Source: Chitinophaga niabensis
Lineage (GTDB): Bacteria > Bacteroidota > Bacteroidia > Chitinophagales > Chitinophagaceae
Length of the DNA stretch: 64,000 bases
Assembly: GCA_017849435.1 (NCBI GenBank)
Contig: JAFIGY010000020.1
Coordinates: forward strand, 119,425-183,424
Direction: 5' to 3'
The position numbers and the translations under genes are program-made. Shown in pieces: positions 33,798 through 42,975 of this stretch (its first letter is position 1; every line of letters starts with the position of its first letter). The notes under the pieces were generated by a model, which saw only the letters and a program-made list of their open reading frames with translations, was not told the DNA's origin and did not search any database.

Positions 33798-33931
33798 AAT
33801 TTTGTTGGTTGAGCTGTAGACAAAATTTGAAGGGGGTAAAATAACAAAGTTTTAAAATTAACGGGTGTTTTTTTGATGAGCGTCAAGAAAACAGGTATTT
33901 TATTACCATATCCTGTATCAATGTTCGCTGA

Positions 33932-35239
33932 TCAGGGTAAAGACAGTTCAAGTACCACCGTTGTTCCTTTCCCTACTTCGCTCTGCAATCTTATCTTCCC
34001 CTCATTCAGCGTTACCAGCTCTTTCACTACCATCAATCCTAAACCCACTCCCCGCTCATTGCCGGTACCATAACGGGTAAAATGCTGTTCCAGATCGAAA
34101 AGCTTTTCCAGCATCTCCTGATCCATACCAATGCCGGTGTCGGCCACGGTAACGACGAGATGTTCCGCTTCCAATGCTACAGTGATCCGGATCTCTCCTC
34201 CTTCCCTGGTGAATTTTATCGCATTGGAAAGCAGGTTGCGCATAACGATGGTGAGATGCTCGGGATCTACATAAGCCTTATACTCCGGAGAAACGGACAG
34301 GGAAAGCGTGATCTGCTTGTTCCGCAATTGCTCGGCGAATTGCTGTGGGAGCGGCAACAGGGCTTCTTCCATGCTCACATCCTGCGGCAGCAATGTGATG
34401 CCCTTCATCTGGGAATAGGACCAGCGAAGGGTGTTCTCGAGCGTCAGCATCACATTGTCCACATGCGTTTCCACTCTCTTCGTAAAAGTGGAAAAATATT
34501 CCGGCCCCACGTCATCTGCCATAGAGAGCAGGGTTTTCATGGATGCAAGCGGCTGGCGGAGGTCGTGGGACAAAATAGACAATATCTTTTCCTTTACCCG
34601 GTTCAGGTTCTCCAGGGTGGCGGCCTTCTCTTTCAATTCCAGGTTCATGGCTTCGAGCTGACGACGATTCCGTTGCTGCTCCCGCTTGTAGTAACCGATA
34701 AGAATACCCAAGATCAGGCTTCCGTTCACATAACTGAGGATATGCCGGCTGAAGGGGGCCTGCGCGATCAGGGGAGGGTAATGATCATTATAATAGCGGA
34801 TCCAGGTGAACAGGGCTACATTCATAAGACTCAGTACCCATTGTTCCCGGCGCATTTCAAACAACAGCACCACAGCCAGGATATTTAACAGCAACAATAT
34901 TTCCATGCTGTTGTGATAGGCTATCGCAGCAAAACAGGAAATGATCATGATCTCCAGCACCCCTACATAATGCGCGACACGGTAAAGACCGCGGCCTTGC
35001 AGCAGAATGATACAACATGATACCAGTATTACGCTGAAATGCAGCACCGCCAGCGGATAAAACCCGGTAACCGCGTTCAGTATCGCCAGCAGGAACGCGA
35101 CGGCCATACCCAGCAGGCAACCCATGTTCAGGCCCCGTATCTTTTTAAGCTCATCGATGTCCTGTGCCGGCCGAATCCCGGCGTTGATGGCGGCTAGAAA
35201 TATTTTCCTCATAAACCCTGCCTGTAAAACAGCGGCCAA
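33932..35239 (-). CDS. Sensor histidine kinase with polytopic membrane N-terminus
   Basis: About 6 hydrophobic helices, then a coiled coil. H-box LSILSHDLRQPL, N-box LLSNAIKFT and G-boxes DTGIGM and GLGLMVV are present. Confidence 0.9.
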   Translation of the reverse strand: MAAVLQAGFMRKIFLAAINAGIRPAQDIDELKKIRGLNMGCLLGMAVAFLLAILNAVTGFYPLAVLHFSVILVSCCIILLQGRGLYRVAHYVGVLEIMIISCFAAIAYHNSMEILLLLNILAVVLLFEMRREQWVLSLMNVALFTWIRYYNDHYPPLIAQAPFSRHILSYVNGSLILGILIGYYKREQQRNRRQLEAMNLELKEKAATLENLNRVKEKILSILSHDLRQPLASMKTLLSMADDVGPEYFSTFTKRVETHVDNVMLTLENTLRWSYSQMKGITLLPQDVSMEEALLPLPQQFAEQLRNKQITLSLSVSPEYKAYVDPEHLTIVMRNLLSNAIKFTREGGEIRITVALEAEHLVVTVADTGIGMDQEMLEKLFDLEQHFTRYGTGNERGVGLGLMVVKELVTLNEGKIRLQSEVGKGTTVVLELSLP

Positions 35240-35411
35240 CAGAGCGTATCCCGGCCGCGGTTATGAGGGAGCGAAAGTACCATTAATTTCCAATCCGGGT
35301 ACTGATTTAACATAATTGCTTCATCACGGCTTTCTTACAGAACGATTTCCGGTTATATGTAGTATTAGTTCGATTATTCGGGTTGCAAACCGGCAGGGTT
35401 CCAAAATATGC

Positions 35412-35419
35412 TATTTTTG
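35412..35419 (+). promoter_or_regulatory. Bacteroidota -7 promoter box for the response-regulator gene
   Basis: Exact TATTTTTG, 42 nt upstream of the ATG at 35462. Confidence 0.45.
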
Positions 35420-35432
35420 CCCGTTGAAACAG

Positions 35433-35446
35433 GCCTTGATCAAGGC
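35433..35446. promoter_or_regulatory. 14-bp perfect palindrome in the leader of the response-regulator gene
   Basis: GCCTTGATCAAGGC is its own reverse complement. It lies between the -7 box and the start codon. Confidence 0.35.
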
Positions 35447-35461
35447 ATTTAACTATACCCA

Positions 35462-36100
35462 ATGAAAACGATCCTTGTTGCGGATGATCATACCATTGTA
35501 CGATTGGGCATCACGCACATCATTTCAACATTGCCCATCCCTGCCACTGTGGTTGAAGCGGAAAACTTCGACAGAGTGATTCATTTGCTGGAAACACAGG
35601 ATGTGGACCTGTTGGTGCTGGACATCAATATCCCCGGCGGCAACAATTCCCAGATGATTGACGCTATCAGGCTACGCCAGCCTTCCGTCCGGATACTGAT
35701 CTTCTCCGGCTACGACGAGCAGCTTTTTGCGATCAATTACATGCAGGCCGGTGCGGATGGTTATCTCGTGAAATATTCACCGGAAGAGGAGATCAAAATA
35801 GCGATCCGAACAGTATTGAATGGGGAAAAATATATGAGCGCCGCTACCCGTCAGCAAATGCTGAATATGCTCAACACCCATCGGGAACCTTTTGCCAACC
35901 CGCTTTCCACACTTTCCGCACGGGAGATAGAAGTGATGAACCTGCTGACAAAAGGTGTGCAGGTAGCGAGGATAGCTGAAATGCTGCATTTGCAGATCAC
36001 GACCGTGAGCACCTACAAAACGCGCATCTTCGAAAAACTGGGCATCTCCAACATCGTGGAGTTACTGGAAAAAGTAAAGATGTACAGCACGTCTATTTAA
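35462..36100 (+). CDS. Response regulator transcription factor, NarL/LuxR family
   Basis: Receiver domain (ILVADDH, LLVLDINIPGG) plus a LuxR HTH (LSAREIEVMNLLTKGVQVARIAEMLHLQITTVSTYKTRIFEKLG). Confidence 0.92.
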   Translation: MKTILVADDHTIVRLGITHIISTLPIPATVVEAENFDRVIHLLETQDVDLLVLDINIPGGNNSQMIDAIRLRQPSVRILIFSGYDEQLFAINYMQAGADGYLVKYSPEEEIKIAIRTVLNGEKYMSAATRQQMLNMLNTHREPFANPLSTLSAREIEVMNLLTKGVQVARIAEMLHLQITTVSTYKTRIFEKLGISNIVELLEKVKMYSTSI

Positions 36101-39100
36101 GTACCTGCAACATGATGGTCAGCTGTGTGCCGCCATCCGGAACAGGCTGCACGGCCAGCTTCCCATGGATCAGCTGCGTCAGTTCCATAACCATCAGCAA
36201 ACCAATGCCATTATGTAAATGCGGCCGGCGCGTCTCATCTTCACCAGCCTCCTCCATACTGTAACGATTCACCCATTCCGCGATAGCCGGCTGCATACCG
36301 ATACCTGTATCTCTGAAATGCAGCTCCAGTTGTTGTCCGTTCAGGGAAGCAGATACACGGATGCTCCCCTGCACAGTATATTTAACGGCATTATCCAGGA
36401 GGTTGTGAACCACTACTGCCAATAGCTGCCCGTTCACCAGCAGCTTTGTTCCGGGCGTCACTTCATTGATCAGGGCTATTTGGCGGCTATCCGCAATGGG
36501 TCTGAAAATACTCAGTTTCTCTTCCAGCAGATCATGCAGATCCGTTATTTCCTGTATCGCGTTGTGATCCTTTACATTCGTTTTCATATACTGGATAAGA
36601 TTATCCACCAGGTGATACATCCTGTAGAGTGCATCGTACATGGCCGTATGCTGCTTATCTTCGCTTCCTGCACTACTCCGTTTCAGTGTACCGGCCATCA
36701 GCATCAGGTACTTCATGGGCGTCTTAATATCGTGGGTCACTGCAGTGATCATACGCTGCTGCATCAGCCCCTGCTGCCGCAGCTGTTCTTCCGAAACCTG
36801 CAGGTCCTGCAAGGTATCTTTCAGCTCCTGCGTTCTTTCAGATACGCGCACCTCCAGTATCCTGTTCTGCCTGCTTACCCGTTTCATACGGAAATGGATA
36901 TACGCAAATATCAGCAGTACGGTTAACATGATCGCCAGCAGACGGAACCAGATCGTTTCATACCAGGCATGCGCAATAATGATCACCCATACTTTCTCTG
37001 TATAGTTACGCTGCCCGAAACCATTGATCTTCCGGACACGCAGGTGATAAGCGCCGGAGGGCATGGCCGAAAAAGAGATGCTCCGGTCGTTTTCCGCAGG
37101 CAACCATACGGACGCCTCATCGTGCGAAAGGGAATAAAGGATCTGCAGGTTGTAGGGGTTGCCGAAATATGGCGAGCTGATCTGAAAGCGGAAACGGGTA
37201 AAACTGTTGGGCAAGCGGAAAGTATCCGCTACGGGAAAGTCCCTGGCATCCAGCTCTGCCCTATCGAGGAACAGTCCTTGGCCCGGTATTTCAGCCGACT
37301 GCCGCCCGGGGTTGAATAGTACCAGTCCTTCCAATGAAGGCAGAGAAATATCCCCGTTCTTCCATTGCCATCCACAGGGTTCGCAGCCGCCATTGAATTC
37401 ATTGGTACTGAATCCCTGGTCTGTGTTATAATATTGATAGTATACGGATGACTGTTTCCCTTCCGCATAGGCCAGCAAATCCGCCCGGGAAGCCTGGAAC
37501 AACCCTTTATTGGTAGTGATCCAGAAAAAACCCTGATGATCCTGCGTAATGCAATGCGTTGCAAGCAGGTACTGGTACCGGTCCACCGGCATAGATGTTA
37601 CTTTCCCGTTCCTGTAGAGAAAGAAACCGCGATCATAGGTAGTGATCCATACTTCATTTTCTGCCGGTACAAAAAGGCTTCTGACATATTGTTTATCAAA
37701 ATAGCTGATCGTATTTATTTGTTTTGTACGGAGGTTCAGACGATGCAAACCCTCTCCCGAAGCCACCCACAACAGCTCAGGCGTCTCCTGCATCATATAG
37801 GTAACGTCCTTCGGGCTGGCGCTGTACAAAGATGGAACGGGGTATTCTTCCGCAGTTTGCAGGCAATACAGCCCTGCATACTTTATGCCGATCCACAAGC
37901 AACCTTCGGCGGAGAGATACAACTGGTTGATCTCTGTGCCCATGTCTTTCTCCCATAGCTTCGCTGTACAATCATTGTTATACTTGTACAGCAGATTCTT
38001 TTTCTTGACCCAGTAATTTCCCTGGTGATCCATCAGCATGCTGTACAGGTCGTGATTGATGCCGGCTTTATGAAGCAAAGGCAGCGTTTTCGTTGTACCG
38101 TCCCGGTTAAATACGATTCCATGCGGCGTAACCACCCCATTCTGCCCATAAGGGGCCTGAGCATAACAAACATCATCCACACCATTGCCGGTCTTCAACA
38201 CCCTGAACTTCTTCCATTCCACCACATACAGACCTTTGGTACGGCTGCCGAGGAAAATACGCTGATCCCCTTCCTGTTGATAGATGGATACAATATGCAG
38301 CTGATCGAAGTCAAAATCCCTCGTGACCAGACTCGTATAGACATCCCCGTTAGCCTGCACCTGCAGGCGGTAGCATTTCTTCCGGAAATAGATGAAAACC
38401 TGCTCCGCCACCAGGTTCCAGTACAGCCGCATTTCCTTCCGGTGGCCGGCGAAATCGCGATGCTGCAGGATATCGCCGGTAAGCTGTACCGCGGTCGCCT
38501 GGTTGTCGCCGAAGACGATCAAACGGCCATCCGCCTGCATATGATACAACTGCCGCTGCATTATGAAAAAACTCCAACGATTGGTGTGCCGGTAGGGATA
38601 ATGACGATACAGGCGCCCTGCCCTTATCCATGTTACCGTATCCCTTTTGGTGAGAAAATATTCTTCCTTCGAAAGCGGGATCAGAAATTGATCCGCCTTG
38701 ACGGAGGCCGGAAAAAAAACATTGGGAAGTCCAACGAGGGAAAAAACTTCGGTGGTGTCATTACAGACAAGGTATTCGTAGCGGTTATCCGTAGAAGGAG
38801 GAGGTACCTGTACAGGCTGTCCTCCCCGGATGGAGATCACTTCCCTTTTCTCCGTGCGGGCCAGCAACTGCTGCCGATCGGCACTCGGATATATGTAGGA
38901 AATGCGGCTGGTGAGCAACTGCATACGGTTGCTGTTGAAAGTATTGAAGCGGGCTCCGTCAAAGCGCACCAGCCCGTTCTCTGTAGCCAGCCAGAGGAAG
39001 CCTTCTTTATCGGGCGCGATCAGCTTGACGCTGTTCTGCGGTAAACCGTTCTCGTCCGTATAATGCGATATGGTATAGGGCAGGGTATCTGTCTCTTTCC

Positions 39101-39164
39101 TGGCCTGCGCGGGCAGAGCAAAAAATATACCTGCGTATAAGATCAGGGCTCGAAATTTCTTCAT
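36093..39164 (-). CDS. Sensor histidine kinase with periplasmic two-component-regulator propeller / Y_Y_Y-type domains
   Basis: The preferred start is MKKFRALILYAGIFFALPAQA at 39164. About 700 aa of repeat-rich periplasmic region (ENGLPQNSV, GFLWLATENGL, GFFWITTNKGL) are followed by a TM helix. H-box ITAVTHDIKTPM and ATPase boxes LLDNAVKYT and DTGIGM are present. There is no receiver or HTH domain. Confidence 0.85.
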   Translation of the reverse strand: MKKFRALILYAGIFFALPAQARKETDTLPYTISHYTDENGLPQNSVKLIAPDKEGFLWLATENGLVRFDGARFNTFNSNRMQLLTSRISYIYPSADRQQLLARTEKREVISIRGGQPVQVPPPSTDNRYEYLVCNDTTEVFSLVGLPNVFFPASVKADQFLIPLSKEEYFLTKRDTVTWIRAGRLYRHYPYRHTNRWSFFIMQRQLYHMQADGRLIVFGDNQATAVQLTGDILQHRDFAGHRKEMRLYWNLVAEQVFIYFRKKCYRLQVQANGDVYTSLVTRDFDFDQLHIVSIYQQEGDQRIFLGSRTKGLYVVEWKKFRVLKTGNGVDDVCYAQAPYGQNGVVTPHGIVFNRDGTTKTLPLLHKAGINHDLYSMLMDHQGNYWVKKKNLLYKYNNDCTAKLWEKDMGTEINQLYLSAEGCLWIGIKYAGLYCLQTAEEYPVPSLYSASPKDVTYMMQETPELLWVASGEGLHRLNLRTKQINTISYFDKQYVRSLFVPAENEVWITTYDRGFFLYRNGKVTSMPVDRYQYLLATHCITQDHQGFFWITTNKGLFQASRADLLAYAEGKQSSVYYQYYNTDQGFSTNEFNGGCEPCGWQWKNGDISLPSLEGLVLFNPGRQSAEIPGQGLFLDRAELDARDFPVADTFRLPNSFTRFRFQISSPYFGNPYNLQILYSLSHDEASVWLPAENDRSISFSAMPSGAYHLRVRKINGFGQRNYTEKVWVIIIAHAWYETIWFRLLAIMLTVLLIFAYIHFRMKRVSRQNRILEVRVSERTQELKDTLQDLQVSEEQLRQQGLMQQRMITAVTHDIKTPMKYLMLMAGTLKRSSAGSEDKQHTAMYDALYRMYHLVDNLIQYMKTNVKDHNAIQEITDLHDLLEEKLSIFRPIADSRQIALINEVTPGTKLLVNGQLLAVVVHNLLDNAVKYTVQGSIRVSASLNGQQLELHFRDTGIGMQPAIAEWVNRYSMEEAGEDETRRPHLHNGIGLLMVMELTQLIHGKLAVQPVPDGGTQLTIMLQVLK

Positions 39165-39285
39165 GATCCGGATAGCTGCTGTTTCTTTGGCTATTCTGCA
39201 GCCATGTCTTCCATGGCTGCAGATCTGTTCGTTCATCTGTCCTCAAAGATAGAAAGCTTATTCAGATTCCTTAGCGGTGTGCGGA

Positions 39286-39990
39286 TTATAATATGTTCAG
39301 TGAGGCGCCGGCATCCAGTTCGTAGGGCGTTGCGGCGGGTTTGAAGATACGGGCGGTGAGGGGGCCTTCCAGCCGGATGGTAGTACCGTTGACGCTGATC
39401 CAGCTGCCTTCCCGCAAGCCTACCACGGGAACGTCCTGCTGGGTATGGAATTCCCTGATACGTGTTTCACGGGTTTCACCCATATGCATGGTATCGGGCA
39501 ACGGATCGATATAATGGGGGTTGAGGTTGAAGGGGACCAAACCCATGGTCTCGAAGCTGGGCGGGTAAACAATAGGCATGTCGTTGGTCGTTTGCATGTT
39601 GACACCTCCGATGTTACTGCCGGCGCTGGTACCAAGATAAGGCGCACCGGCTTCTACCGCTGCCTTGAGCGCTTCCATTAGTCCCAGTTCATGCAATTGT
39701 TTAACAAGCAGGAATGTATTACCGCCACCGGTAAAGAATCCACGGGCATTCCGTATTGCGGATGCCGGATTCTCGAACGTATGTAATCCTTTCACCTGTA
39801 TCCCGGCAGCTGCAAAGGATGCGGCGGCACGACTGGTATAATCATCGTGAGAGATACCACCGGGGCGGGCGTATGGTATAAAAATGATCTCGGGAATGCC
39901 TGCAAACAGCGCTTTCATCGCGGGTTGCAGGTAGGCCAGATAGTCCTGGCCATATAAAGTGGAAGTGCTGGCTAAAATGATCCTTTTCAT
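39286..39990 (-). CDS. pepE: Dipeptidase E (peptidase family S51)
   Basis: 234 aa with the S51 pattern, including GGGNTF and the nucleophile segment GTSAGS. Confidence 0.8.
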   Translation of the reverse strand: MKRIILASTSTLYGQDYLAYLQPAMKALFAGIPEIIFIPYARPGGISHDDYTSRAAASFAAAGIQVKGLHTFENPASAIRNARGFFTGGGNTFLLVKQLHELGLMEALKAAVEAGAPYLGTSAGSNIGGVNMQTTNDMPIVYPPSFETMGLVPFNLNPHYIDPLPDTMHMGETRETRIREFHTQQDVPVVGLREGSWISVNGTTIRLEGPLTARIFKPAATPYELDAGASLNIL

Positions 39991-40000
39991 CTTCCAAAAA

Positions 40001-40030
40001 TAAAAAAACTCTCCCTTTTCAGGGAGAGTT
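40001..40030 (-). terminator. Rho-independent terminator
   Basis: A 10-bp perfect stem, AACTCTCCCT (40007-40016) with AGGGAGAGTT (40021-40030), and loop TTTC. On the minus strand it is followed by TTTTTTTA. Confidence 0.7.
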
Positions 40031-40120
40031 ATGGTTCCACAGTTACCATCAGGCTAGAATGGCCGGCCCGATCTTGACAGTGGCTGATACATGGTTTCCC
40101 GAATAATAACCTGGTCCAAC

Positions 40121-40600
40121 CTACATGAACAGAAGGTCGTCACCGTCTGATGCTGTCAATACAGCTTTCTCGAAACGGGAGAATAGTACAGGTATAGGAA
40201 GATTGGATGTAACATCCAGCCGCTGCAGCATTGCTTGCTGCGCCAGCAGGGAGATGCGGAACACCGGTACACCGATCACCATCACCGCCTGTTCCAGCGG
40301 GTGGTACCACACATATTGTTGCGACCAGCCGGAGAACCGCATGGAGGCCACTTTGAAAAGGTAGGCTCCCCCATGTTCGGCCAGCCACTGCCTGAAAACA
40401 TCAGGCTGTGCAGTATTCCGGGCTTCCGACAGGATCGCGTCGAGTATGTGTAAACTGTTCTGCGAATAGTTCAGCTGGTAACCAAAACGTTCTTCATAAA
40501 AATCTCTGAATTCCTCCGCTCTCCGCTCTACCAGGGAAGCATGTTCAATGGAAGGCCGGTTGTGTTGCACTCGTTTACGGAAAAAGCGGCTGGAAAACAT
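40121..40600 (-). CDS. Hypothetical protein (159 aa, no recognisable motif)
   Basis: Long ORF with local codon character. It lies 25 nt downstream of the preceding small gene and is followed by a strong terminator. Confidence 0.55.
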   Translation of the reverse strand: MFSSRFFRKRVQHNRPSIEHASLVERRAEEFRDFYEERFGYQLNYSQNSLHILDAILSEARNTAQPDVFRQWLAEHGGAYLFKVASMRFSGWSQQYVWYHPLEQAVMVIGVPVFRISLLAQQAMLQRLDVTSNLPIPVLFSRFEKAVLTASDGDDLLFM

Positions 40601-40625
40601 ACCTGCTGGTTTATAAAAAGTGGGC

Positions 40626-40964
40626 TCACGATAGCTTCGCCCTGATAGCCTCTGCTACTTCTTTCTCCAATTTGTTCCAGGATGATGTTAACAGCAGCCG
40701 GGTAGCGAAATTGTTAAAGAATATCTTTTCGATGACCTGATTGGGAACGATGCCGTCAACATCGATCTTTTTATTTTTTTCATTTACTGCCACACAAATC
40801 CCAACGGTGCCGGACTTTTTCACCAGCACACATTGTGCTCCGGAGAAATTGAGCGTCCAGCGATCGTGTACCACCCTGCATTCGTATTTAGCACCCAGCT
40901 GGGTCTGTAACACGGTTTGCAATTGCGTTAAGGTGGGTACCTCATTGTTGTATTGCAGTGTCAT
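40626..40964 (-). CDS. Hypothetical protein (112 aa, no recognisable motif)
   Basis: The ORF is preceded by a TAnnTTTG box at 41005-41012. No signal peptide or TM helix is present. Confidence 0.55.
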   Translation of the reverse strand: MTLQYNNEVPTLTQLQTVLQTQLGAKYECRVVHDRWTLNFSGAQCVLVKKSGTVGICVAVNEKNKKIDVDGIVPNQVIEKIFFNNFATRLLLTSSWNKLEKEVAEAIRAKLS

Positions 40965-41004
40965 TGTTGAAAGGTTTTTTAAGACAGGTATATTCTTTAT
41001 GGCA

Positions 41005-41012
41005 CAAAAATA
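41005..41012 (-). promoter_or_regulatory. Bacteroidota -7 promoter box for the two-gene hypothetical cassette
   Basis: Forward CAAAAATA reads TATTTTTG on the minus strand, 41 nt upstream of the ATG at 40964. Confidence 0.45.
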
Positions 41013-41044
41013 CGCCCGACTTTATCTTGTGAACGGGAGAATAT

Positions 41045-41078
41045 AAAAGCGCGCGGACTTTTTCCAAATCCGCGCGCT
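41045..41078 (-). terminator. Rho-independent terminator after the LytS-type kinase gene
   Basis: A 10-bp perfect GC-rich stem, AGCGCGCGGA (41048-41057) with TCCGCGCGCT (41069-41078). On the minus strand it is followed by TTTTAT. Confidence 0.65.
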
Positions 41079-41099
41079 TCAGGGCAAAATCCGAAAAAT

Positions 41100-42965
41100 T
41101 TACTTTTCCCGGCGAAAAGGAATATCCAGTAACACCCTGATCCCCTGCCCTTCTTCATTTTTCTTGTCCAGAATACGGAGGCTGGCCGGGCGGCGGGTTT
41201 GCCTGCTAAGCATGTTGAGCCTTTCCTGGGTGATGATGGTGGACAGGGATTGTTTCCCGGTAACGGTTGCCTGGGGCTGCAACCCGTTGCCATTATCTTC
41301 TATGATGCAATGCAACACATGCTGATCCCGTTGTACGCTCACCTGTATCCGGCCTTTATAAGTGATCTGTCGCAGACCGTGCAGAATAGCATTCTCCACA
41401 AAAGGTTGCAGCAACATGGGGGGTATCAGCAGGTCATCCTCCTCATAATGTTCATACACATCGATATTGTATTCAAATGCGCCTTCAAAGCGCATGGCCT
41501 GGAGGCTCAGATAGCTGTCTAACGCAGCGATCTCGTCTTTCAACGGCACGAAGCTTTCACGTGCGTTTTCCAGGCTGATCCGCACCAGCCGCGCAAATTT
41601 GTTCAAATAGCGGATGGATTTCTCCCGCTCATCGTTCCGGATGAAACTTTGAAGCACACTGAGAGTATTGAAAATAAAATGCGGTTCCATCTGGCTGCGC
41701 AGCAAACGCTGCTGCAAGGCCACTTCCCGCAGTTGCTGCTGCATCTTCCTTCTGCGCGAGAGCAGCACTACCAGTGCTCCCAATAGCAATGCCCCGATGA
41801 TCATGGCAATGATGATCCATTGCTGCTGGCGGTGTATCTTCTGGTTCACCTTATTCTCAAAGGCAAGCGCCGCAATTTCATCATCCTTGGCCTTTACCGC
41901 ATACTGTGTTTCCAGCTCCCTGGCCTTCAGCGCAATGGAGGAATCTACTTCCTTACCGAATTGCCTGTAAGCCGAATCCAGGAAGGCATATCCCTGCTGA
42001 TAAAACCCCTGCTTTGCCTGATGCCTGGCCCGTAACTTCCATATCGAAGTAATGGTGGGCTGGTCATGCTCGGCGCGGGCCATCTGCATCGCCGTATCCA
42101 GATAAGCGGCCGCACGTGCGTATTGTCCCAGTTCTCCGTAGGTAACGGCAAGACTGTAAACAGATTCCCCGTCCAGCTGCGCCAGCTCCTTGTTCAATGC
42201 CATGGCTTTCAACTGATATTGAAGGCCTTCCGCCAGTTTTTTCTGTCGCGTCAGCAAAATGCCAAGGTTCTCATACTTTACGGCATCGAAGTAAGGATTG
42301 GAAAAGGTGGTATCTGTTTCCATCGCTTTGAAAAAAATGATGGCGGAGTCCGGCATGCCGTTGTCGTCATAATATTTGGCTATATTATTGGCGAACACCG
42401 TTTTCAGTTTGGGCTGTGTACTGCGCCGCAGACCTTCAAAAAGGTACCTTCGCACGGCGAAGGCATCCCCTATGCGGCCGTAGATCTCGGACAGCCGCAG
42501 GCAGATGATGGGCAGGCCGGCAGTATCCATTTTCCCGGCAAGGTAATAAGCCTCCCGTGCATAATGCAAAGCACTGTCCGGCGGATGCTGATCCTTGAGG
42601 ATGTCCGCCATCTGCACCATTCCTGCGATCACCTGTTTCCTCGTGCTGTCTTTTTCCTGCGCCAGCTTCATGGACTGATCGATGAAATACCGCGCGCTGT
42701 CAAATTTCTTCTCCATACCATATTGAACGCCTCTGAAACGCAGGTAGGAGCAGGTCAGCGGGTAAGCATCGATCTGTTTCACAATGGGATATATGCTATC
42801 CAGCAGCAGCCCCGCCTCTTTCGGACGATGGTCGTGAAAATAAGGGTTGATCTTTCCCTTCATGAAGGCGATAAGCGTATCTGCGTTAGCGTTAGCAGCC
42901 GGTTTGTTCCGTTGCCGGCAGGACGCGAAAGCGATGAGCAGCAATAATGGTAATAAACGATGCAT
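41100..42965 (-). CDS. Sensor histidine kinase, LytS/YehU type (His_kinase PF06580-like) with TPR-rich periplasmic domain
   Basis: Order is signal or lipoprotein N-terminus (LLLIAFASC), repeated TPR-like helices, one TM helix (WIIIAMIIGALLLGALVVLL), then MEPHFIFNTLSVLQSFI and the ATPase segment VENAILHG. Confidence 0.85.
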   Translation of the reverse strand: MHRLLPLLLLIAFASCRQRNKPAANANADTLIAFMKGKINPYFHDHRPKEAGLLLDSIYPIVKQIDAYPLTCSYLRFRGVQYGMEKKFDSARYFIDQSMKLAQEKDSTRKQVIAGMVQMADILKDQHPPDSALHYAREAYYLAGKMDTAGLPIICLRLSEIYGRIGDAFAVRRYLFEGLRRSTQPKLKTVFANNIAKYYDDNGMPDSAIIFFKAMETDTTFSNPYFDAVKYENLGILLTRQKKLAEGLQYQLKAMALNKELAQLDGESVYSLAVTYGELGQYARAAAYLDTAMQMARAEHDQPTITSIWKLRARHQAKQGFYQQGYAFLDSAYRQFGKEVDSSIALKARELETQYAVKAKDDEIAALAFENKVNQKIHRQQQWIIIAMIIGALLLGALVVLLSRRRKMQQQLREVALQQRLLRSQMEPHFIFNTLSVLQSFIRNDEREKSIRYLNKFARLVRISLENARESFVPLKDEIAALDSYLSLQAMRFEGAFEYNIDVYEHYEEDDLLIPPMLLQPFVENAILHGLRQITYKGRIQVSVQRDQHVLHCIIEDNGNGLQPQATVTGKQSLSTIITQERLNMLSRQTRRPASLRILDKKNEEGQGIRVLLDIPFRREK

Positions 42966-42975
42966 GTTCCTGGGA

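Noticed and set aside
32712-33812. 366-aa ORF on the plus strand
   Set aside because: It lies entirely antisense to the well-supported Tat-signal Gfo/Idh/MocA gene. The translation is Arg/Gly/His-rich with no motif, which is typical of a shadow ORF in a GC-moderate coding region.
38025-39044. 339-aa ORF on the plus strand
   Set aside because: It is antisense to the propeller-type histidine kinase gene. It has no recognisable domain and no promoter box, so it is a shadow ORF.
42066-42947. 293-aa ORF on the plus strand
   Set aside because: It is antisense to the TPR/LytS-type kinase gene. It is a shadow ORF with low-complexity composition.
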